A stretch of 15,028 bases of DNA from Promethearchaeia archaeon (GTDB lineage Archaea > Asgardarchaeota > Lokiarchaeia > Sigyniarchaeales > SOKP01). Shown here in pieces: positions 7,367-14,331 of the stretch. The stretch spans positions 1-15,028 of the forward strand of contig JAWOCD010000026.1 in NCBI GenBank assembly GCA_046483985.1, given 5' to 3'. Position 1 is the stretch's first letter. Every line of letters starts with the position of its first letter. The notes beneath the pieces were generated by a model. It did no database searches, was not told where the DNA came from, and worked only from the letters and a program-made list of their open reading frames with translations. Position numbers and translations under genes: made by a program.

Positions 7367-8108
7367 GCCCAAAGTTCAGAAACATAAATTAGGAAAGATA
7401 ATCTTTTGCGATTGTTTAGATACGGAGTACGGCCTCCCCAGCATAGAAGATAATTCTTATGACTTAGGATTTACCGACCCAAAATGGGGAGTTAAAATGC
7501 AACAAAATACCCGCACCTATATCGACGGTCGCGAGATGGATAATTCAGATAAGGTCCATTTTGACGATACAACATCCCCCGGATTTAATAAAACATGGTT
7601 TTTGCATTTAGACCGGATATGTAAGCGTATCATTTTAGTTTTAGGCGATAAACAGATTATATGGTTTATTCGCCATATTCAAAAAGAACCGAAAGGAATC
7701 TTACCGATCTTTTGGAAGAATTCACCATTCGGCTGCGGATACGCAAAACGCCGGCGACATTCACATTATTTGTTATACGGAAAATTTGATACTAAATTCA
7801 TGCATAGCATCTTAGCAAAACGGTATACTTCATCAAACGTGGAACCATTTACATATTATTGGGGTGCCACAAATAAAGAAAAACACTTTAATCATCCGAG
7901 TCCTAAAGGCTTGGAAATTCCGATGCGAATTTTAAAGGAATTAAATCCCAAATCTATGATTGACCCATTTTCAGGGTCGGGGACGTATGTATATGCGGCG
8001 CATATCCTAAATATTCCCTTTTTAGGTTATGAAATAAATGATAAAGAATATTGTAAAGATCATGAATGGCGATTTGCCCAAAAAAATATTAGCAGGTGGA
8101 TAAGCTGA
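7356..8108 (+). CDS. Site-specific DNA methyltransferase, N4-C/N6-A, beta class; C-terminal PIP-box-like QKNISRWI
   Basis: Catalytic motif IV variant TDPKW precedes HPSPK and SAM-binding motif I IDPFSGSGT...GYEIN, which is the beta order. GGAGG SD. Confidence 0.92.
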   Translation: MKDKPKVQKHKLGKIIFCDCLDTEYGLPSIEDNSYDLGFTDPKWGVKMQQNTRTYIDGREMDNSDKVHFDDTTSPGFNKTWFLHLDRICKRIILVLGDKQIIWFIRHIQKEPKGILPIFWKNSPFGCGYAKRRRHSHYLLYGKFDTKFMHSILAKRYTSSNVEPFTYYWGATNKEKHFNHPSPKGLEIPMRILKELNPKSMIDPFSGSGTYVYAAHILNIPFLGYEINDKEYCKDHEWRFAQKNISRWIS

Positions 8109-8410
8109 AAGAATACAAAAAATATAAGTTTAAACGGTATACAATGTCTGCTCCTTTCTTTTCAAAAAAAGACAAGATAAAAAGGGTTTCTCTTTTCATT
8201 TTATTCTTTTTATTATCTACTTTTTATTTTGTAATTATACACCCTGTATTCCATAATCCTCTTCTCTCGTTAATTATCTCCTTACCTATTTCGCTTGTAC
8301 TTTTTTCTCTCTTTTTAATTTTAATTCTGGATACGATTAACAGAATAAAGGTAGACTCAGAAATAACTTCTTTCTTAGAAGGTAATAAAGATTTGGGGGT
8401 GGAGGATTAA
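8096..8410 (+). CDS. Small membrane protein with two transmembrane helices
   Basis: Two long hydrophobic stretches (VSLFILFFLLSTFYFVII; LLSLIISLPISLVLFSLFLILIL). The start could be ATG 8144. Confidence 0.75.
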   Translation: MDKLKEYKKYKFKRYTMSAPFFSKKDKIKRVSLFILFFLLSTFYFVIIHPVFHNPLLSLIISLPISLVLFSLFLILILDTINRIKVDSEITSFLEGNKDLGVED

Positions 8411-10387
8411 ATGTCGGCACCAAAAAAATTCGATGTTGAGGCGGAGCTTCAGAACCAATTCAAAAAAGACCTTGTTACTCAACTCAAAAAACATGGATTT
8501 AAGGAATGGAAGTTAGAATTTGAAGAATATACAGACGCGAAGCGAACATTTAATTATCTCAGACTCTCTATTGAGCGATCTAAAAGAGACCCAAATACCG
8601 GCTTTTCTGAGAGTGTAAAACTAAATGATAAGGTTAATGGAGCCCTTTTTCCGTTACGCGAAAAGTGGGTATGGGAAAACGGAGCATACCACGGACCCTG
8701 CGCAGTTGACAAACTTCTTGACGAGAAGATTATATCAAATCACCATTTTTATGACATTAGATATAATTGGGAATGGGTCAAGAGACAGCACGGGACGATG
8801 CTCGGCCACAATATAAATATAAATGGTTATTACATCAAAATGCTTCAATATCTTTCTTTCCCCCATCCCGATTGGTATTATTCATATAATTGGTACTATT
8901 TTCCAAAAGAGGGTGATATTTATCTATCAAACTTTAGCGCACAGAGAGTTTTTCGGGCGACAAGACAATATATACAAGAATTTGATCACAGTTATCCATA
9001 TATTTTCATTCCTATGCGCGATTCATTAATTTCATGCTTGTTAAAAGACTCGGAAAAGCATGTATCAGTTTTAACGTCGAATGAAGGTCGCTACTTCGTG
9101 GAGGGACGGAAATACACATCAAGAGAGGAAGTAATCAAAGCGTATGAACAATATTTAGAGACGCAGCATATTTCAGTTCATTTCAATAGTGAAGTTTGTC
9201 TTTTCTTTAAATTCTTTATGAAGGAATTGTTTAGCGTGACATGGGATAAGAAACATGAAAAATGGTATAGAACGAAGATTTATCAAATTAATAAACATTT
9301 ATCAGTCCGTAATCGAAACGGACAAATTTCGGTTTATGTTAATGATAAAAAGTTCCGACAATGCACATATCTCCTCTTTAACTTAGATACAAATAAATTA
9401 GAAGAATATGACCGAATTAATTCTATTGACGAGATGAAAAGCATATATTCTAATGATAACGAAGCCGGAAAAGTAAGAATCGACACCGATACGGAATTTT
9501 GGGGCCACTGTTCCAATTTGCAAGCATGGTACGAAAATGATTATGATACCAGGATCCTTGAAATGCGATTGGCCTTCCCCCTACTCAAGAAGCTGACCGA
9601 AGCCGGTGACTCTCAAGCAAGAAAAGTATTTAAAGAAGAGGTTGCCCGTAGGTTCCAGAGCGGATTTCGCCCGGTACAAGAATATTTGATGATGGAAGGA
9701 TATACTGACGTTCTAACAAACGAGGAGCAAAAGTCGATAGGTCTGCTTGGGGATGATATTTTAGGCCCGTATAAGAGAGCAATAAAGAAACACTGCGCTG
9801 ACTCATCGGTAAAAAAAATGATTCAAGAGCTTCACTTAACTTATTTAGAAGAGGAGAGATATGATGCAGAAATACGGGTGCCCGTGTTATTACTCAAAAA
9901 CGGCACTTATCTTAATCTCTCTCATCGAGCGCTTATAGAGTTAGGATATAAACATCTTCTCGGTCTTTTACATCCTTATAAAGATGAAATTGTAGAGCAG
10001 TTTCAAACCGATGTAATCATAAGATTATTACGACATTTAATTGAGATTCCGCATTCAGAAGGTGAAGACTTTCTGAAAGGATTGAAACTTAAGCGATGTG
10101 AATATCTCACAATGAAAAAAGAATATTGTCCTAATTTTCATCCTAAGTTTTGTGGAGTTGAGTTTGTCTGTTTTTGTCAGGATACTTGTAGTTTATGTAA
10201 TAAACCCTATTGCGCTCATACACAGTGCAAGGTTGACCTTGTTCATTTCCGGGAGGTAACAGGCAAACATTTTGTAAACCCCTACAAACAAAAGAGATGG
10301 GAAAAGCAAGAAGAATTACGAAGCTTTCATAAGCCGGATAATACGCTGACATTAGATTATTTTATGCAAAAAAAGGAGGCACATTAA
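8411..10387 (+). CDS. Multidomain protein with central Lokiarchaeia-type 'FWGHCSNLQAW' domain, Cys-rich C-terminus and PIP-like tail TLTLDYFM
   Basis: 658-aa ORF with GGAGG SD. About 9270-9715 encodes YQINKHLSV...VYVNDKKFRQC...SIDE...EFWGHCSNLQAWYENDYDTRIL...AFPLLKKLTEAGD..ARKVFKEEVARRF, recalled from Lokiarchaeia LRR-associated proteins. Confidence 0.85.
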   Translation: MSAPKKFDVEAELQNQFKKDLVTQLKKHGFKEWKLEFEEYTDAKRTFNYLRLSIERSKRDPNTGFSESVKLNDKVNGALFPLREKWVWENGAYHGPCAVDKLLDEKIISNHHFYDIRYNWEWVKRQHGTMLGHNININGYYIKMLQYLSFPHPDWYYSYNWYYFPKEGDIYLSNFSAQRVFRATRQYIQEFDHSYPYIFIPMRDSLISCLLKDSEKHVSVLTSNEGRYFVEGRKYTSREEVIKAYEQYLETQHISVHFNSEVCLFFKFFMKELFSVTWDKKHEKWYRTKIYQINKHLSVRNRNGQISVYVNDKKFRQCTYLLFNLDTNKLEEYDRINSIDEMKSIYSNDNEAGKVRIDTDTEFWGHCSNLQAWYENDYDTRILEMRLAFPLLKKLTEAGDSQARKVFKEEVARRFQSGFRPVQEYLMMEGYTDVLTNEEQKSIGLLGDDILGPYKRAIKKHCADSSVKKMIQELHLTYLEEERYDAEIRVPVLLLKNGTYLNLSHRALIELGYKHLLGLLHPYKDEIVEQFQTDVIIRLLRHLIEIPHSEGEDFLKGLKLKRCEYLTMKKEYCPNFHPKFCGVEFVCFCQDTCSLCNKPYCAHTQCKVDLVHFREVTGKHFVNPYKQKRWEKQEELRSFHKPDNTLTLDYFMQKKEAH

Positions 10388-10403
10388 GAAAATGACTAAA
10401 ATA
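10371..10403 (+). repeat. Second copy of the 33-nt direct repeat first seen at 4725-4757
   Basis: AAAAGGAGGC-ACATTA-AGAAAATGACTAAAATA vs AAAAGGAGGC-GGAGCG-AGAAAATGACTAAAATA: 27/33 identical, 5646 bp apart. Confidence 0.8.
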
Positions 10404-10484
10404 AATATACGGTTAAAAGCAGAGAAACCCCACTTTAGACAAATTACAGAATATACGGAGGGGATAGACCATAGTAGAAAGTAA
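10392..10484 (+). CDS. 30-aa ORF (MTKINIRLKAEKPHFRQITEYTEGIDHSRK), leader peptide or N-terminus of a frameshifted gene
   Basis: Hand-translated. GGAGG at 10375-10379; overlaps the start of the long downstream frame. Confidence 0.5.
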   Translation: MTKINIRLKAEKPHFRQITEYTEGIDHSRK

Positions 10485-12666
10485 ATCGCAATTTAGGACC
10501 TTCACAGAGTGGTTAGAAAAGCAACAACAATCAATCGAATTTAATATAAATAATACAATTGCCTATTTTCAAGACTTTGAGCAATTCCAGTCAAATCTGC
10601 GACAAAATGCGCCGTTATCAAAAGAACAAATAAAACATCTCAAAATACATCGGGACCATCAAGACCAATATTATTTAATTCTTCCCGAAATAAAAGAAAT
10701 ATTATTTCGGGACCAAGATCAGCACGACAAAATTCAAAATTCAAAACCGATATTTTTATCCGATCTCCCTGAAGATATACAGTATTTTTTACATAAAATA
10801 GCAGAAGATAATGTTATTGAAATTAAAGAGGAAAAACAAACAATTCTCAAGTTAGACAAAAAAGACCTTTATTTTATGGCCATCAAAAATTATCAACCTA
10901 AGACCCAATTTTCAAAATTCTTAAAACAAATTATTACAACACATTTTCAAGATCAAAATTATCTGTATTTTAAACCATTTTTTGCGCAATTTTCAGAAAA
11001 ACAATTACAAACTATTAAGAAATCACAATCTTCAAAAGAAATCAAAAAAACAACCTCTATTTCCGATGGAAAAAAAAAAGATACCTCATCGGCGAAAAAT
11101 AAAGGAAATAAAGGGGGGGTTAACATCGAATCCTTGGAGAATGGTCGTTCACGGCTCGAGCAGACCGATTGGCAGGAGATCGACGACCGATCCTTTTCGT
11201 ATTTAGGAGAGAAACAGAAAAAGGCGTTAGATAAATTTGGGATGTGGATCAGTGAGGATGCATACATTCATTTTCACAGTTTTCGGTGCGACTTGGATAT
11301 AAGACACGATCCGAACGACCGGGATCTGTTTGAGGCAATTGTAGAGTTGTTCGAACCGAACTGGAGTAACCGGAATAGAGCGACACCAATTCCGAATAAA
11401 CTACAAAAGAAGCTAAAGATCTGTTTTAGTATGCAGATGAGCGCAAAGGGTTACCTTCAGTTGCATTTAAATTCGCGTGACGTGCAGCAGGTGGTTACGG
11501 ATATTATGAATGTATTCGCGGGCAAATATTTTCAGGGAAAAGAGGGATTAACCGAGCAGCAGTTACAACTGTTATTTGACCGCATTCATGATACGGAGAC
11601 AAAACGGAAGATGTTTACGTTGGATGTAAAGCACGGGCAACAAATGCATGTTGCACACGAGACAGGTCCCAAACATGTGATTGATAAAGATTTTAAAGGG
11701 GCGAAGGTTCGAATTATGATGGCAAACCCGTTCGGAAAAAATCGGTATAAAGCGTTTGTCGATTACTCGGATAAAGTGAACCCGCATTACGAAGCTGATG
11801 GGGCGGCGGATGTGGTCCAGAACTTTATGCAAACCGCGTCGGTTCCGATGAAGGTAACCTCGGGATTGGACGAAATGCGAACGTTAAATTATAAAATACA
11901 GCGAACAAGCGAAGAGACGTTTGCCGGTGTCGGCCAGATTTATGATACGGTACATGACGTGCAGCAATCGCAAGCTACGCAAACCGATATTGACGACTTA
12001 TCGAAGCAGATCTCACAGAAACTTACGCAAGTATCGATATCGAGCGAATTAGATAAAATTGAAGTGATTGACTTTATCAAGAAAAATATTAACCGAAAGT
12101 TGGAGTCGTTACTAACGCAGCAGCAATTATCGCTACAAGAACGCGCAAACTTAAAGACAGCACTGATTAAAATGTCGATTGATTTAAGCGCGTCTTTACT
12201 GAATTTAGAGGGAAACATTAAAAACGAGATAGGGCGCACCGAACAGCATGTAGAACAAACCGTTATCGATACAAATAATTTAGTGATGAAAAATAACGAT
12301 AAAAATACGAAGAACCTTAAAGCGCATATCGATAAAAAATTTGAAAATCTACATCAATACCTAGATAAACAATTTTCGCAGGTCCAGTCGCAGCGAAAAC
12401 AATGTTTATATTTAATATTAAAAAAAATAGATAAAAATCGGGAGATGACAATGGGCGAGCTTCAGAAACACATAAAACAATTTCATCTTCCACGCAGCAC
12501 ACTGCATTATTACCTAAAACGGATGCATGCCAAAGGAATAGTGCGTGCGGAAAATAAACACACTAAGACGCGGGGGCGCCCACCAAAAATATACCGTCTT
12601 ACGGAAAAGATAAAAGAATTATTCAAAAATAATAATAAAACTGGAAGTGAAAAAAATGACAATTAA
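10471..12666 (+). CDS. Large protein (about 731 aa if started at ATA 10471) with coiled-coil region and C-terminal winged HTH
   Basis: Frame 1 is open from 10468 to 12666 with no ATG/GTG/TTG before 10876. GGAGGGG SD at 10457-10463 sits 7 nt before ATA. The C-terminus LILKKIDKNREMTMGELQKHI..LPRSTLHYYLKRMHAKGIV...RGRPPKIYRLT is a wHTH. Confidence 0.75.
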   Translation: MVESKSQFRTFTEWLEKQQQSIEFNINNTIAYFQDFEQFQSNLRQNAPLSKEQIKHLKIHRDHQDQYYLILPEIKEILFRDQDQHDKIQNSKPIFLSDLPEDIQYFLHKIAEDNVIEIKEEKQTILKLDKKDLYFMAIKNYQPKTQFSKFLKQIITTHFQDQNYLYFKPFFAQFSEKQLQTIKKSQSSKEIKKTTSISDGKKKDTSSAKNKGNKGGVNIESLENGRSRLEQTDWQEIDDRSFSYLGEKQKKALDKFGMWISEDAYIHFHSFRCDLDIRHDPNDRDLFEAIVELFEPNWSNRNRATPIPNKLQKKLKICFSMQMSAKGYLQLHLNSRDVQQVVTDIMNVFAGKYFQGKEGLTEQQLQLLFDRIHDTETKRKMFTLDVKHGQQMHVAHETGPKHVIDKDFKGAKVRIMMANPFGKNRYKAFVDYSDKVNPHYEADGAADVVQNFMQTASVPMKVTSGLDEMRTLNYKIQRTSEETFAGVGQIYDTVHDVQQSQATQTDIDDLSKQISQKLTQVSISSELDKIEVIDFIKKNINRKLESLLTQQQLSLQERANLKTALIKMSIDLSASLLNLEGNIKNEIGRTEQHVEQTVIDTNNLVMKNNDKNTKNLKAHIDKKFENLHQYLDKQFSQVQSQRKQCLYLILKKIDKNREMTMGELQKHIKQFHLPRSTLHYYLKRMHAKGIVRAENKHTKTRGRPPKIYRLTEKIKELFKNNNKTGSEKNDN

Positions 12667-12751
12667 ATTGTTTTACCGGGACCCATTTTCATATCTCGCT
12701 TTTCCATCACTTAATAAACTTACTCAAGAACGAGGTGAAAGCAGCCAGTGA
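12656..12751 (+). CDS. 31-aa ORF (MTIKLFYRDPFSYLAFPSLNKLTQERGESSQ); not in the supplied ORF track
   Basis: GGAAGTGA SD at 12643-12650; overlaps the upstream stop and has a GTGA overlap with the next gene. Confidence 0.5.
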   Translation: MTIKLFYRDPFSYLAFPSLNKLTQERGESSQ

Positions 12752-13239
12752 GCAAAAGTAAAAGTAAAACAAATCAACATAAATCGCATCAGCCTGCAAG
12801 TAAAAAATCACGGTCCAAATCAACCTGGGTCGAATTATTTTCAATAAAAAATATAAATAAAAAAGGAAGTGAAAAGAAAATGTCGTTTATAAAATGTAAA
12901 AAATGCAGAATGATCTTATATGTCCCCAGAGGGACTACATCCATTAGCTTTGGTGAAAGACTCTCAAAAGTAGAACATCAACCGGAGGCCCTTGAGGAAT
13001 TTATTGGAGAATTAACAGACTTTGATTATTTCAGAGGAGTTCATAACTCTATATGCGCAAATCAATTGCCAACGGAGATCGACATTAATGAAGAGAAATG
13101 GGAAGTACTTGATACAAAAAATACAAAAGATCTTTATTGGGGAGATTGGATTAGACCATTCTCAATAAATCAAGTTGTTCATAAAACATATGAGGACTAC
13201 GAAAAATGGATGAAATCTAATTTGAATAAAAATAAATAA
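12748..13239 (+). CDS. Hypothetical Zn-binding protein (CKKC...HNSIC); alternative start ATG 12880
   Basis: GTG 12748 has a GAGGTGA SD and in-frame ATG 12880 has a GGAAGTGA SD. The first 44 aa are basic and low-complexity. Confidence 0.75.
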   Translation: MSKSKSKTNQHKSHQPASKKSRSKSTWVELFSIKNINKKGSEKKMSFIKCKKCRMILYVPRGTTSISFGERLSKVEHQPEALEEFIGELTDFDYFRGVHNSICANQLPTEIDINEEKWEVLDTKNTKDLYWGDWIRPFSINQVVHKTYEDYEKWMKSNLNKNK

Positions 13240-13270
13240 AGGCCCGAGAGAGCCTCTTTTTGAATCTCCT
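13240..13270 (+). ncRNA. Structured intergenic element copy 1 (putative H-type pseudoknot / terminator)
   Basis: AGGC-CC-GAGAGA-GCCT-CTTTTTGAA-TCTCCT immediately after a stop codon. Confidence 0.6.
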
Positions 13271-13306
13271 AAACAATTAAATAGAAAATTAAAGGAAGTG
13301 AAAATA

Positions 13307-13648
13307 ATGGCAATAAAAGCCCGAATCTTAAACGAAGAAAGAAAAAAAGAATGGCAAGAGACGTTAGGCACCGACACCATTAATGTACAGTCGCCTGTAC
13401 CATCTTATCATAAAGTATGCGGAAAGAAAAGATTAGTATACTGGATGGATATGCGTAAATTAACCGAAAAGCAAAAGGAAAAGATGATTATTCATATCGC
13501 GCAAAAATTTGAAGAAACAATTAAAGCAGCAGACGACTTTACGCATGATACGGTAGAAGAATACGTACGACAAAATATAGACACATTCGCCGTCCCAGTT
13601 CTTGCTGATGACGTTATAGTAAGTATGAACGCATCAATATTATTTTAA
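13307..13648 (+). CDS. Hypothetical protein
   Basis: ATG 13307 is preferred over GTG 13298, which lies within the GGAAGTGA SD at 13294-13301. Confidence 0.8.
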   Translation: MAIKARILNEERKKEWQETLGTDTINVQSPVPSYHKVCGKKRLVYWMDMRKLTEKQKEKMIIHIAQKFEETIKAADDFTHDTVEEYVRQNIDTFAVPVLADDVIVSMNASILF

Positions 13649-13651
13649 TAG

Positions 13652-13684
13652 AGGTTTGAGGGTACCTATTTTTTTGAAACCCTC
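13652..13684 (+). ncRNA. Structured intergenic element copy 2 (covariant)
   Basis: AGGT-TT-GAGGGT-ACCT-ATTTTTTTGAA-ACCCTC, with compensatory substitutions relative to copies 1 and 3. Confidence 0.6.
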
Positions 13685-13717
13685 AAAACAATTACCATTA
13701 ATAAAAGAGTGAATAAA

Positions 13718-13996
13718 ATGCCAAGAAAAATAGAGTTTTATATCAACTTTAAGAAGAAGATCGGGAAACGCGGTGTACAGTTTGACGTATACAAAAGTAC
13801 AAAATTTAACCCGGCCAAGAATAGTGAGACAATCAAATGTACGCTTGCTATTCCTGACGCATATTTCCAAGAACAAATACTTCAAGCGCATTTTGAAATT
13901 AATCCTCAAAACCCACACATCGCCGAAGCAAAAATCGAGGATAACAGGTTATCTAATTTAGAAAAACAACTAAAAGAACTTACCAAGGAGGAATAA
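13718..13996 (+). CDS. Hypothetical protein
   Basis: ATG 13718 follows the SD-like GAGTGA, which contains the track's GTG 13709. Confidence 0.75.
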   Translation: MPRKIEFYINFKKKIGKRGVQFDVYKSTKFNPAKNSETIKCTLAIPDAYFQEQILQAHFEINPQNPHIAEAKIEDNRLSNLEKQLKELTKEE

Positions 13997-13997
13997 A

Positions 13998-14237
13998 ATG
14001 TCTATTTTATTAAGATCACAGCTCAGAACCATAATTGAGACAATTATCAAGGAGGATAAGCAAGACGGTTTTGTAGACCCCGAGATCAACTTCAAAAACG
14101 CAATTGCAAGAGTGCTGGAGTTTTTACAAAAGGAAGTATTATTGGGAACATTCAATAAAAGCGTACCGTGGAAATTAAGAGAAGAGATCCATGATGCGCT
14201 TGAGCCCGTGGTAAAAAAAATAATAAAAGTAAGATAA
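13998..14237 (+). CDS. Hypothetical protein
   Basis: AGGAGG SD, 1 nt after the previous stop. Confidence 0.8.
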   Translation: MSILLRSQLRTIIETIIKEDKQDGFVDPEINFKNAIARVLEFLQKEVLLGTFNKSVPWKLREEIHDALEPVVKKIIKVR

Positions 14238-14241
14238 AATA

Positions 14242-14275
14242 AGGCCCGAGAGAGCCTACTTTTTTTAAATCTCTC
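14242..14275 (+). ncRNA. Structured intergenic element copy 3
   Basis: AGGC-CC-GAGAGA-GCCT-ACTTTTTTTAAA-TCTCTC. The 17-mer AAGGCCCGAGAGAGCCT is identical to 13239-13255. Confidence 0.6.
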
Positions 14276-14331
14276 ATATTTCATATACATCTAAAAAAAA
14301 AACAGCGAGAAAAAACAATAAAGTGAAAAAA

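Noticed and set aside
7356-8410. Type II restriction-modification system
   Set aside because: No adjacent ORF shows a convincing PD-(D/E)xK, HNH or GIY-YIG nuclease motif, so the MTase looks orphan.
10388-10875. Non-coding region or replication origin suggested by the gap in the ORF track
   Set aside because: It is occupied by a 30-codon ORF and a stop-free frame continuous with the 10876 ORF. The short CGGGACCA duplication (10651, 10708) is explained by RDHQDQ/RDQDQ coding.
3585-13961. Alternative-frame + strand ORFs (3585-3932, 6071-6289, 8625-8816, 8823-9029, 10982-11206, 13773-13961)
   Set aside because: They are fully nested in longer genes with better support and have no convincing SD or domain signal.
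13240-14275. Pseudoknot elements as preQ1-I riboswitches or a type III toxin-antitoxin array
   Set aside because: Loop 3 is U-rich rather than A-rich and the preQ1 loop consensus is absent. The copies are dispersed between genes rather than tandem, and no ToxN/CptN/TenpN-like gene is recognisable.
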